Positions 38,446-48,069 of a stretch of DNA of 64,000 bases are shown here, in pieces. The notes under the pieces are model-generated. The model ran no database searches. It saw only the letters and a program-made list of their open reading frames with translations, and had not been told where the DNA came from. Numbering within the stretch: the stretch's first letter is position 1; each line of letters begins with the position of its first letter. Source of the DNA: Promethearchaeota archaeon (GTDB lineage Archaea > Asgardarchaeota > Lokiarchaeia > Sigyniarchaeales > SOKP01); assembly GCA_019058245.1 (NCBI GenBank), contig JAHPZJ010000013.1, forward strand, positions 297,166 to 361,165. The letters run 5' to 3'. The translations under genes were made by a program, and so were the position numbers.

Positions 38446-39939
38446 ATGGGTCAATCTAATAATAATTTGAAAAGTAATTATAGGAAAAGCAGAGAAAAGG
38501 ATCTTGAAAATCAATTTTTAGAATTTATATCTCCTTATCACGTAAGCACAAATCCTTTTGAACTTGAATCTGCTTCAGCAGATCTTACTTCTCTACCCGC
38601 TTACCATTATAAATTCAAGAAAAAATATTTAGCTAGTTATGTTATCCGTCCAGCCAACATGAATGAACTATCATTAGCTATAAAAAAGTGTAGAGATCTT
38701 AATATTCCCGTAACAATTCGAGCTGCTGGGACGTCATGTTTTTCTTCAGCAACACCTTCAATGGGAGGTGTAATTATAGATATACGTAGAGTAAATAAAG
38801 TCCATGAAATAAATCAAGAGAAAATGACGGTAAAAGTAGGAAGTGGAATATCTTGGCTAAATTTGATAGAAAAATTATCTGATTATGGACTTGAACCAAA
38901 AACTTTCCCAACTAGTTTTAAAACTTCATGTGTAGGAGGTTTTATTGCAACTCCAGGAAAAGCTGGTATAGGAGTATTGAAATATGGAACTATGGAATCC
39001 ACAATTATTTCTGTAGATCTAGTTAAACCAGATGGCACTGTCATCAAAGTTTCGAGAGATTCTGATCAAGAAATAAGTCTTAATGATCTTGTAGGTACAT
39101 ACGGTATATTTGGAGCAATAGGAAATGTTGAATTATCCATTACTACCCTAAAAACCTCTTTAGAGATAATAGGTTATGGATTTAACTCAATCGAGCAAGC
39201 AATAAATTTTTATTTATTAATAAAAGAGGATTTACCCAATAAACCATTATTTCTTTCAATTTCAGAAAGAAATTTTGAAAAATATTCACATATTGCTTTT
39301 CCGAAAGAGGAATGGATTGTTTGGGCAGTATATTATGATAAACCTGAACTAACATCAAAAAGTATATCAGATGTTAAAAACCAAGCCTCCAAGTTAAATT
39401 GTGTAGAAATTGAGGGTACTTATTTAAAAGAAAAGTGGCGTGATATTAGTGATGCTGAGGTATCGATAGGATCTTCAACAAGAAACCTGATATTCCAGGA
39501 ATATTGGATCTCTGATAAGAGATTAAAAAAGTTTATGGAAATATATGTTAAAAAAGTTAAGAATTATAAATTTCCTACAGCCTCATACGCAATTTCAGGA
39601 GAAAAAGGTTGGACAAGAGTGAAAATTTTTGGTTTAACAGATATCGATAGAACTATAGAATTTTTCGCAGTTAAAGCTTTCTTACATGATTTAACTGTCC
39701 AAGCCTTCAATCAAGAAGATAGACTATATACTATTGGCATTGTCAATACATTTTACTTATTAAAGTATAAATCAGAAGAAGTAAAGAAATGGAAGAATCT
39801 AAAGGATAAGTTAGACCCTAAACACTTATTCAATTCATATAGATTAACTAAAGCGAGAATGAAATTTTGGAGAGTCTCATTACTTTTTAACATGGCAAAG
39901 CTATTGTATAAAATATTTAAAATAAAACGCTCTAAATAA
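38446..39939 (+). CDS. FAD-binding oxidoreductase (GlcD/D-lactate dehydrogenase-like, VAO family)
   Basis: VIRPANMNE, PVTIRAAGTS, SCVGGFIAT, GTYGIFGAI, LKDKLDPKHLFN. Confidence 0.88.
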   Translation: MGQSNNNLKSNYRKSREKDLENQFLEFISPYHVSTNPFELESASADLTSLPAYHYKFKKKYLASYVIRPANMNELSLAIKKCRDLNIPVTIRAAGTSCFSSATPSMGGVIIDIRRVNKVHEINQEKMTVKVGSGISWLNLIEKLSDYGLEPKTFPTSFKTSCVGGFIATPGKAGIGVLKYGTMESTIISVDLVKPDGTVIKVSRDSDQEISLNDLVGTYGIFGAIGNVELSITTLKTSLEIIGYGFNSIEQAINFYLLIKEDLPNKPLFLSISERNFEKYSHIAFPKEEWIVWAVYYDKPELTSKSISDVKNQASKLNCVEIEGTYLKEKWRDISDAEVSIGSSTRNLIFQEYWISDKRLKKFMEIYVKKVKNYKFPTASYAISGEKGWTRVKIFGLTDIDRTIEFFAVKAFLHDLTVQAFNQEDRLYTIGIVNTFYLLKYKSEEVKKWKNLKDKLDPKHLFNSYRLTKARMKFWRVSLLFNMAKLLYKIFKIKRSK

Positions 39940-40042
39940 TAAAACCAAATCAACATAAAGATGAATAATATATAACGATCATATTTAATAAAAATTAATT
40001 ATATTTTCAACAAGAAAACAATTAAAAAAGAGATAATGCTGA

Positions 40043-41386
40043 ATGAGTGAAGGAAAAGAAAAAGTTGATTTAAAAAATATAGTAACTTCTGGTCCACCTG
40101 TAGCAGGTTTAGTTTCTCCATCAAGAGAAAATTTAGTCGAACCTTCAGATAAGTATAAAGATGAAAAATCTTTTGAACGATGTACTCATTGTGGTTACTG
40201 CCGTCATGTTTGTAAAGTTTATAATACCTCTTGGTGTGAAACTGACTATGCTGGAGGTCGTAATAGAATTATCAAAGCATTGGATCGAAAGGATATTAAA
40301 TTCGACAAGGAACAAATAATACCTTCAGTTTTTCGTTGTATGTTATGTGGTAATTGCAAAGTTGTGTGTCCAGTTCAAGTAGATACACTAAGTGTTTTCC
40401 AGAATTTTAGGAAAAAAGTAGTAAAAAAAGGAGCAATACCTGAAAAATTAAAAATCCTTAAAAGTTCGATTATAGAAAATAATAATCCATTTCTAGAAAA
40501 ACATAGTGATAGATTTAATTGGATAAATGCTTGTGAAGAGGGAGCTGAAGCTTATGAAAGGAGTTCTCAGAGACTGGAACCCCAAGTAAAAGAGAAAGGA
40601 GATTATTCTGTCGGGTATTTTGTTGGGTGTACATCTTGTTATCGAAATAAAGAACTTGTATCGGCTACTAGTCGTGTTTTAAAGAAATTAGGCGTTGAGT
40701 TCACACTTTTTCCCGAAGAAAGATGTTGTGGTTCTGTATTGTTTCGAACGGGATTAGAAGATGAAGCTATGGAACTTGTAAAGCATAATTATGAAATGAT
40801 TCGTAAAAGTGGAGTAAAAGAAGTTGTTTTTTCATGTTCGGGTTGTTTTTCAACGTTTACACTTGAATATTCCAAATTTGCTAATCATAACCTTGGATTT
40901 GATTTGTATCATCTTACTCAATATGCTTTAAAAATTGTAAAGGAAAAAAATCTTAAAATTAGATATACAAAACGCACAAAAGATGATCCTTTACTTATTA
41001 CTTATCATGATCCATGTCATTTAGGCAGATATTGCAATGTTTTTGAAGAACCTAGAGAACTTATTCAAAGAATTGAAGGAGTAAAATTATTTGAAATGAA
41101 ACACAATAGAGAAATGTCTTGGTGTTGCGGTGCAGGAGGTGGTGTGAAAGCTCTATATGGAGATATGGCACTTGAAGTAGGAAGGGACAGAATCTCGGAA
41201 ACACGTGCTTGTATGGTTCGAATGCGAGAAGATCGTTTAAAAGAAGCAATTGAGACATCGGCAGAAGTTCTTGTAAGTTCCTGTGTCTTCTGTAAGAATA
41301 ATTTATTTCAAGTCGCTACTGAAGATAATTCTCCAATAAAAGTTATGGATATTTCACAACTTTTAGCTGATTGTGAGTTTTATTAG
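40043..41386 (+). CDS. Fe-S oxidoreductase (GlcF/HdrD-like: two [4Fe-4S] motifs plus two CCG domains)
   Basis: CTHCGYCRHVC, CMLCGNCKVVCP, YFVGC, ERCCG, CSGC, YHDPCHLGR, CCGAGGG, SCVFC. Confidence 0.9.
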   Translation: MSEGKEKVDLKNIVTSGPPVAGLVSPSRENLVEPSDKYKDEKSFERCTHCGYCRHVCKVYNTSWCETDYAGGRNRIIKALDRKDIKFDKEQIIPSVFRCMLCGNCKVVCPVQVDTLSVFQNFRKKVVKKGAIPEKLKILKSSIIENNNPFLEKHSDRFNWINACEEGAEAYERSSQRLEPQVKEKGDYSVGYFVGCTSCYRNKELVSATSRVLKKLGVEFTLFPEERCCGSVLFRTGLEDEAMELVKHNYEMIRKSGVKEVVFSCSGCFSTFTLEYSKFANHNLGFDLYHLTQYALKIVKEKNLKIRYTKRTKDDPLLITYHDPCHLGRYCNVFEEPRELIQRIEGVKLFEMKHNREMSWCCGAGGGVKALYGDMALEVGRDRISETRACMVRMREDRLKEAIETSAEVLVSSCVFCKNNLFQVATEDNSPIKVMDISQLLADCEFY

Positions 41387-41463
41387 ATAAATACGGAGTT
41401 AGAAATCTTTAAAATATTTTTCCTATTTTTATAACATTATTGAAAACTATAGATTAAGTAACA

Positions 41464-43602
41464 TTAATTTTTTAGAGAATCCGGAAAATCATCAGCATTT
41501 TCTAAATTATTCCAATTTAGGGATATTTCTTCTAGAGAAGGTATACTACTCAGATTTTTTGGTAATTTCGTAAGATGGTTATCATTTAGCTTTAACTTTT
41601 TAAGAGATTTTAAATTTATTAAAGAATTAGGTAATTTTTTTAATTTATTTCCAATTAACCAAATCTCTTTAAGAAAACTTAATAATCCTATCGATTCTGG
41701 TAAGAATTCAATATTGTTATCAATTAAATACAGCCTTTCCAGTGAATTAAATGAACCAATCGAATCAGGCAGATTTTTAATCTGATTACCTGTTAATTTT
41801 AGAACCTTTAACAGTTTAAGTTTGCCAAAATCTTCTGGTAAAACTACAAGTTTATTATATGATAAATCTAAAAGTTCTAAAGATCTAATCAAACAAATTG
41901 AACTTGATAATTTATGTAAATTGTTATTATTTAAATAGAAATATTTAAGAGATTTTAGGGTTCCCAGAGAATCTGGAATACTTTCTAATTTATTCCAACC
42001 TAATTTTAAAACTTCAAGAGAATTTAGTATCATTATTGATTCAGGGAGGAAGGAGAGATTATTATCTTCTAGGTTAAGAAATTTAAGTAATGACATTGAA
42101 TTCAATGAGTCTGGAAGTTTTTCTAAATTATTACTACTTAAATTAAGGTATTCGAGTGAATAGAGTAATCCAATAGAGCCAGGTAAATTTACTAATTTAT
42201 TTTGAATTAGATTTAGAGTTTGAAGAGATTTTAGCTTCCCTATAGAAGATGGGATTTCTAATAGTCTATTTCCACTAACATTCAAAAATTTTAATGACGA
42301 CAGATTTCCGATTGATTTTGGAAGATAAGTTAGACAGTTCATTTCTAAATTTAAATGAAGTAACGATGAAAGCTTACCTATTGAATCTGGGAGTTTCTCT
42401 ATTTTGTTTTTACTTAAATTTAAAAGTTTTAAAGATGTAAGTGATAAAATTGATTTATTAATATTTTTAAGATTATTTCCTTCTAGATCTAAAGCTTTTA
42501 AGTTTTTTAAGGAAGCAATTGATTTGTTAATTTTATAGAGATTGCATTTTTTTAATAGAAGTGATCTTAGTGAACGAAAATACTTTATATAACATGGAAA
42601 TTTAACAAGAGGTACTTTTTCAATATGAATTGAAATAAGTTCCCCCATTGATACTTTATAATTTATGATTGGATATTTTTTTCTTAAATATGAGATAGTC
42701 AAATAATTTCTAAATATATCTGATAATTTCGAGAGTGATAAATCTTCAAAAGTTCCTGAAAGGTGTTTAAATGATAATTTAAATTTTTTATCATCAATAC
42801 TCCTTATTTGATCTATTAATACCTCTCTCGCTGCTTCATTGTTTAATCTTTCTAATGCTATTGTCAGTGCGATTGAGTTTTTAAAATTGAACTCATCTTT
42901 AATTGACCATTCAGTTGAGAAGAATTTTATTTTTTTTAGTCGTTCTAGATTTTTAATACCAAGAATTTCAGAATGATCCTGAAAAGCATCTCTATCTCGC
43001 CAATAAATAGCTTGGTTATCAACTTCAGAAAAATCTAAATAAGTTATAAATCCCTTCTTTTCTAAAAATTTAAGTCTGTGAAATTTCTTTTTTAGATTTT
43101 TAATGGTGATTTGATTTATGAGTATATTTCCTAATTCATTACTTGAAAATGACGTAGAATTATTATTATTAAAGAAAAAATGCGTCTTATCCTCGAAAAT
43201 TTCAGAACTTATTCTATTCAGTTCATCGATTAATGCTTTTATGATTTTATCATCATTATAAGCTTTTAAAGCTTTAACTATTGTTATTAAACAGTTATAA
43301 GAAGATTCATGCTTTAGAGCCCAGAGAAATGGAGATATTGCTTTTTTGGGATATTTATCCTTTAAAACATTTGCTGCAAAATATCTCAAATCATCATTTA
43401 TTTCGGATATAAGTATATATTCTAAAACATTGAATACATTTTTTTGTTTTAAATCAATTTTATTTAAGATTTTAATACAATCTTTTTTAATGGTATCATC
43501 ATTTATGTTTTCGATGAAATCCAGTAATAATCTGACTGTTTCACCTTCATTAAATGCTTGACTTCTAAAATTTTCATAAATTCTATTTGGTGTTAACTCC
43601 AT
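41464..43602 (-). CDS. Leucine-rich repeat protein with an N-terminal HEAT-like region
   Basis: About 16 repeats of 23 aa (LPxSIGxLxxLxxLxLxxNxLxx) in the C-terminal half; HEAT-like 'NDDLRYFAANVL' at the N-terminus. Confidence 0.9.
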   Translation of the reverse strand: MELTPNRIYENFRSQAFNEGETVRLLLDFIENINDDTIKKDCIKILNKIDLKQKNVFNVLEYILISEINDDLRYFAANVLKDKYPKKAISPFLWALKHESSYNCLITIVKALKAYNDDKIIKALIDELNRISSEIFEDKTHFFFNNNNSTSFSSNELGNILINQITIKNLKKKFHRLKFLEKKGFITYLDFSEVDNQAIYWRDRDAFQDHSEILGIKNLERLKKIKFFSTEWSIKDEFNFKNSIALTIALERLNNEAAREVLIDQIRSIDDKKFKLSFKHLSGTFEDLSLSKLSDIFRNYLTISYLRKKYPIINYKVSMGELISIHIEKVPLVKFPCYIKYFRSLRSLLLKKCNLYKINKSIASLKNLKALDLEGNNLKNINKSILSLTSLKLLNLSKNKIEKLPDSIGKLSSLLHLNLEMNCLTYLPKSIGNLSSLKFLNVSGNRLLEIPSSIGKLKSLQTLNLIQNKLVNLPGSIGLLYSLEYLNLSSNNLEKLPDSLNSMSLLKFLNLEDNNLSFLPESIMILNSLEVLKLGWNKLESIPDSLGTLKSLKYFYLNNNNLHKLSSSICLIRSLELLDLSYNKLVVLPEDFGKLKLLKVLKLTGNQIKNLPDSIGSFNSLERLYLIDNNIEFLPESIGLLSFLKEIWLIGNKLKKLPNSLINLKSLKKLKLNDNHLTKLPKNLSSIPSLEEISLNWNNLENADDFPDSLKN

Positions 43603-43773
43603 ATTAAAACATATTCTTTTTCATGTTTTTTTAAGAATTTCCTAGCTACATTAAATTTAATAAATCCTTTACGAACAATAAAGAATTTTAAAAAAAAAAT
43701 TTTTAGAGCCTTGAATTTATAATTCAACTCTAAATTTTGAATAACAAAATCCTGAATAATCAATATAAAATAT

Positions 43774-43968
43774 TTAACGTATTTCGACATTTAATATATT
43801 TGAATAAAGAACTTTTCCTTTCTTATCAGTAATTGAAAAGTTTAAACGTGGTGTACAAGCTAACAGCAATTTAAAATATTGATCTATGTTCTCTTTACCA
43901 TTCAAATCTTGTTCAGGAATTGTTACTCTATCTTGAAACTCTATTTCACTTTGTATTGCTTCAACCAT
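43774..43968 (-). CDS. Small hypothetical protein (64 aa), possibly in the Lrp-box regulon
   Basis: ATG ORF with a TATA box (44038-44045) and an operator array upstream. Confidence 0.55.
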   Translation of the reverse strand: MVEAIQSEIEFQDRVTIPEQDLNGKENIDQYFKLLLACTPRLNFSITDKKGKVLYSNILNVEIR

Positions 43969-44037
43969 AATCTTATTTTCTCCAATTTTTCATTTTTTAT
44001 TAAATATTTTTACCTAAATATAGATTCTGAATATTAG

Positions 44038-44133
44038 TATATAAATATATCGGTTATAGATTAATTTAAACAACGCAGTGAGTTCTAGTTTCAATTTCTT
44101 ATAATATTTGCTAAAAAAGTTTCAAATTGAAAA
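44038..44133 (-). promoter_or_regulatory. Putative Lrp-type operator array and TATA box upstream of the 64-aa ORF
   Basis: Minus strand: TTTTCA-ATT-TGAAAC (44133-44119), ATAAGA-AAT-TGAAAC (44102-44088), GTTTAA-ATT (from 44071), TTTATATA (44045-44038). Confidence 0.6.
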
Positions 44134-44142
44134 TTTTTTTTC

Positions 44143-44217
44143 TCGATCATTTCTCTTTTCAGTCACAATAGCTAGAGAATATGATCGATCCCGATCAAAA
44201 GTAAAGTTTTTATGATC
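44143..44217. other. Pair of adjacent inverted repeats (possible RNA hairpins) downstream of the hdr operon
   Basis: TCGATCATTTCTCT...AGAGAA-T-ATGATCGA (44143-44188; 14 bp with one bulge) and GATCAAAA...TTTTTATGATC (44193-44217). Confidence 0.45.
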
Positions 44218-44300
44218 ATTTGTGAAAATTTTAAAAATAAGGTTTTTTATATTTTTATAAAAAATAAAGCTAAAAATTGATTTTAAAATTAGGTTTTGAT

Positions 44301-44972
44301 TTATTTTTTTATACGATCTAATAGGGAATCCCAAAAAAACGCTTTATAATCCCCTGAATAATGAATATCACTAATTTTTAAACTTATGACCTTTTTTGAA
44401 CATGCATTTACGCATGTTCCACAACTTATACATTTATCTTGATTGAATGATACTTTTTTATTTTTTGAATGAACGGATTCTAGATTTTTTTTAAGTTTAA
44501 AGAAAGCACCAGAAGGACACACTTCGGTACATGACATACATGAAATACATTTATCCCAATCTACATAGATTTTTCCATCAAAAAATACTTTTATTTCTTT
44601 TTGATTGCTATTGACTAAGTGATATTCTAAATCTGGTACAAATCTTTTTCTTATAATCCCCATTTCTTTAGTGGGTATTTTTTCTCCATTATACTTCAAT
44701 GATATTGCTGATAATGGGCAAATATAGGCACAAGTTCCACAAAAAGAGCATTTTAGGATATCTGGAGTATCTGGTATTAAATCTTCTGTTTTTATTCTTA
44801 TTTTACCTTCTAATCTTGGATGAGGGATTGCATTATTTGGACAAGCTTTAATACATAACCCACAACCAATACATTTTTCTTTATCTATTTTTATTGAATA
44901 ATCTTCTGTATAAAAACTAAAATTTATTTCATTAAATTCATAATTGTTAACTTTGTTAACTCTAGGATACAC
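44301..44972 (-). CDS. Polyferredoxin with four [4Fe-4S] motifs (FwdF/FwdG-like)
   Basis: CIGCGLCIKACP, CSFCGTCAYICP, CISCMSCTEVCP, CISCGTCVNACS. Confidence 0.88.
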   Translation of the reverse strand: MYPRVNKVNNYEFNEINFSFYTEDYSIKIDKEKCIGCGLCIKACPNNAIPHPRLEGKIRIKTEDLIPDTPDILKCSFCGTCAYICPLSAISLKYNGEKIPTKEMGIIRKRFVPDLEYHLVNSNQKEIKVFFDGKIYVDWDKCISCMSCTEVCPSGAFFKLKKNLESVHSKNKKVSFNQDKCISCGTCVNACSKKVISLKISDIHYSGDYKAFFWDSLLDRIKK

Positions 44973-45009
44973 TTTTCAATCATACTCTAAAATTGATTTT
45001 AAAAAGTTA

Positions 45010-45600
45010 TTATAAATCTACTGTTAATATCTTAGATTCTATATTTCGTTCTTTTAGTTGGTTATTTATTCCTTTAAACGTACTTTTTTTACCAAAATGT
45101 ATGAGATTCCAATCTTTAGATTCTAATCCTTTAGTGACGTTTATGATTTTTTTGACAGCTAAATCAATTCTTATTTTTTGGTTTATATAAGACTTTAATT
45201 CTTTAATTTCATTTGAATAATAATTTATCAAAAAACTAAGTTCCCGTGCAGCAGGACTATTCTTATCAGTTAAAACTTTTAAAGTAGATTTTATTTCATT
45301 ATTTTTATTTTTTAAGTCAATGATTTGATTAACCAAATGTCCTTTTACATAATAAGGTAATTCTATAGTAAAATAAGGAATTTCATATTCCTTTAAAACT
45401 TTTGATAAATATGTTTCATTAAATTCCCGTAGATTCATGTATCCTAAATCTACTGTTGCTAAGTCGACTGAATTTCTCTCTAAAAATTTAAATAAATCTT
45501 CAAAATTCTTAACTAATGTTTTTGAATTTATATTGTTTCTTAATTCCGTAAATTTTTTGTAATTTGCTAAAGTTTCAGAGATTAATGTTTTTATTTTCAA
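45010..45600 (-). CDS. Hypothetical protein within the hdr operon
   Basis: 196-aa ORF; TTG start preceded by an AGGAGGGG SD-like sequence; tight spacing to both neighbours. Confidence 0.65.
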   Translation of the reverse strand: MKIKTLISETLANYKKFTELRNNINSKTLVKNFEDLFKFLERNSVDLATVDLGYMNLREFNETYLSKVLKEYEIPYFTIELPYYVKGHLVNQIIDLKNKNNEIKSTLKVLTDKNSPAARELSFLINYYSNEIKELKSYINQKIRIDLAVKKIINVTKGLESKDWNLIHFGKKSTFKGINNQLKERNIESKILTVDL

Positions 45601-45610
45601 CCCCTCCTTT

Positions 45611-46084
45611 TTATATTATTTTTACTTTATTTTGTAAACTTTTTTCAATAAAATTTGGATTTTGATTTTTTATTGGACTAGGTCCTAATATTTTTAATTC
45701 TTCGACAAATTTGTTAACAATATTTGTTAATTTTGCTCCCTCAGAAGCAGATACAAAAATATATTTAATTCTTTTAGGGTTAATACCAAATTGCTTTAAA
45801 TAGGATAAGAACAGTGGTATTCTTCTAATTGTCTTAAGATTTCCGGATACATAATGGCAATCACCTGGATGGCAATGTGAAATTAAAATTCCATCAATAC
45901 CGTCTTTTAAGGCAGTGATTATAAATTCGGGAGTAATTCTACCACCACACATTACTCTTATGATTCTCAGGTTTGCAGCTCGCTGCATTCTGGAAGTCCC
46001 AGCCTGATCGGCTCCAGCATAAGAACACCAATGGCAGAAAATTCCTAAAATTGATGGATTAAAATTTGACACATTTGTTTCCAT
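45611..46084 (-). CDS. mvhD: Hydrogenase-Hdr [2Fe-2S] subunit MvhD (Cys form)
   Basis: FCHWCSYAGADQAG, RVMCGGR, HCHPGDCHY..GN, VSASEG. Confidence 0.93.
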   Translation of the reverse strand: METNVSNFNPSILGIFCHWCSYAGADQAGTSRMQRAANLRIIRVMCGGRITPEFIITALKDGIDGILISHCHPGDCHYVSGNLKTIRRIPLFLSYLKQFGINPKRIKYIFVSASEGAKLTNIVNKFVEELKILGPSPIKNQNPNFIEKSLQNKVKII

Positions 46085-46086
46085 TA

Positions 46087-48069
46087 TTATCCTCCTATTT
46101 TTTCCGATTTTTGAACTGCATTATGTATCATTGGTAATAATTGTGCATTACCAAATTGATTCTGGATAATTGCTGAAGTAGGGCATGCAGCAACACAAGT
46201 TCCACATCCTTTGCAAAGAATCTTATTAATTTCAGCAACTTTTTGAAGTTCATTAAAAGATATTGCATTGAAAGGACAAACACTAATGCAACTTTTACAA
46301 CCGGCACATCTATGATTTAATACTATTGAAAAAATTGGATCAATTTCCACTTTTCCTTTAGCAATTAATAATGCTGATTGCAATGCTGCAGCTTTTGCTT
46401 GAGCAATAGCATCAGGAATATCTTTAGGACCTTGAACTGCTCCTGCTATAAATATTCCATCTGTTAATGTTTCTACTGGACGTAATTTAGGATGAGCTTC
46501 CATTAAAAACCCATCCTCAGATCGCTGTACATTAAATAGCCTAGTTATTTTATTAGAATCTTGTCTTGGTTCCAATCCAACAGCTAAAACTAATAAATCG
46601 GCTTTAATTCTAATTAATTTTTGTAAAAGAGTATCTTCCCCACGAACTATGATGTTATGTTCTTCATCCTCTACTACTTCTGAAATTCTTCCTCTAATAA
46701 ATTTGATATGAAATTCCCTTCCGGTAGAGTCATAAAATTCTTCATATCCTTTTCCAAATGCCCTTATATCTATATAAAAAATAAAAATGTTTGCATTAGG
46801 ATGTTTTTCTTTAAAAAGTCTAGCTTGCTTCGCTGAATACATACAGCAGACTCTAGAACAATATTTATTTCCTTTTTCAGTAAAATCTCGACTACCTACG
46901 CATTGAAGAAATACTATCGTAGAGGGTTCTTTTAAGTCTGATCTTCTTTTCACTTTACCTTCTGTTGGACCAAATGAACTCATTAATCGTTCCATTTCTA
47001 ACCCAGTAATAACATTTGGATATTTTCCATAGCCATATTGCCTCAAGATTGTTGGATCATAAAGATCATATCCAGTGGATAAAATAATAGTTCCAACCTT
47101 AATATCTACAAATGTTGGTTTATCATCATATTTAACAGCATCAACAGGACAAATTTCAGCACAAATTCCACACTTGATACAATGGTCCATATCAATCGTA
47201 TATTTTCCAGGAACAGCTTGAGGAAAAGGAATATATGCTGCTTTTCTCTTTTTCATTCCTAAATCAAATTCGTTAGCAGCAATAACAATGCATTCCTGAG
47301 CACAAGTTCCACATCCGGTGCAAATTTCTTGATCTATATAATGAGGTTTTTTTTTAATAGTAACATTAAAATTCCCAACATAACCAGAGATATTTGTAAT
47401 TTCACTATAAGTCATTAATTCTATATTTTTAGCCTTCAAAACTTCAGACATTTTTGGAGTTATTACGCAAGAAGAACAATCTAATGTAGGGAAAGTTTTA
47501 TCAAGTTGAGCCATATGGCCACCAATAGTCGTTGTTTTTTCTACAAGATAGACTTTATATCCAAAATTGGAAAGATCTAAAGCAGAATTCATTCCTGCAA
47601 TTCCTGCACCAACAACTAAACAAGTTGGTTCAACTTGTACGCGAAATTTTTCCAGAGCTTCCAATTTATTAGCTTTTGCTACAGCCATTCTAACATGAGA
47701 TTTTGCGATTTCATATGCTCCTTCAGTATCTTGTGTATTTACCCAGGTACAATGTTCTCTTATATTTGCTGCTTCATATAAATATTGATTTAGACCGGCT
47801 TCATTACACACCTTTCTAAATGTTGTTTCATGCATTCGGGGTGAACATGCAGCTACTACAACCCTATTAATTTCACCATTTTTAATCTTTTCCTTTATTA
47901 ATTCTTGACCAATTTCAGAACACATAAATTTATAATTAAAAGCTTCAACTACATTTGGAAGAGTTTTTGCATATTCTGTTAACTTTTCGACATCGATAAC
48001 TCCAGCTATATTATTACCACAATGACAAACAAACACACCAATTTTTGTTTTATCCTTCAAGTTTCTCAC
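46087..48069 (-). CDS. hdrA: Heterodisulfide reductase subunit A (Cys form)
   Basis: GVFVCHCGNNI, AACSP, NIREHC, VGAGIAG, KTFPTLDCSSC, QCVGSRD, YCSRVCCMY, AGAVQGPKDIP, ferredoxin motifs. Confidence 0.95.
   Translation of the reverse strand: MRNLKDKTKIGVFVCHCGNNIAGVIDVEKLTEYAKTLPNVVEAFNYKFMCSEIGQELIKEKIKNGEINRVVVAACSPRMHETTFRKVCNEAGLNQYLYEAANIREHCTWVNTQDTEGAYEIAKSHVRMAVAKANKLEALEKFRVQVEPTCLVVGAGIAGMNSALDLSNFGYKVYLVEKTTTIGGHMAQLDKTFPTLDCSSCVITPKMSEVLKAKNIELMTYSEITNISGYVGNFNVTIKKKPHYIDQEICTGCGTCAQECIVIAANEFDLGMKKRKAAYIPFPQAVPGKYTIDMDHCIKCGICAEICPVDAVKYDDKPTFVDIKVGTIILSTGYDLYDPTILRQYGYGKYPNVITGLEMERLMSSFGPTEGKVKRRSDLKEPSTIVFLQCVGSRDFTEKGNKYCSRVCCMYSAKQARLFKEKHPNANIFIFYIDIRAFGKGYEEFYDSTGREFHIKFIRGRISEVVEDEEHNIIVRGEDTLLQKLIRIKADLLVLAVGLEPRQDSNKITRLFNVQRSEDGFLMEAHPKLRPVETLTDGIFIAGAVQGPKDIPDAIAQAKAAALQSALLIAKGKVEIDPIFSIVLNHRCAGCKSCISVCPFNAISFNELQKVAEINKILCKGCGTCVAACPTSAIIQNQFGNAQLLPMIHNAVQKSEKIGG

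Noticed and set aside
44122-44334. 70-aa minus-strand ORF from the track
   Set aside because: Overlaps the ferredoxin 3' end, the hairpins and an operator box; low-complexity AT-derived sequence
46087-48069. HdrA and the neighbouring MvhD as selenoproteins
   Set aside because: Both ORFs are uninterrupted; the Cys motifs are encoded by TGT/TGC and there is no in-frame TGA
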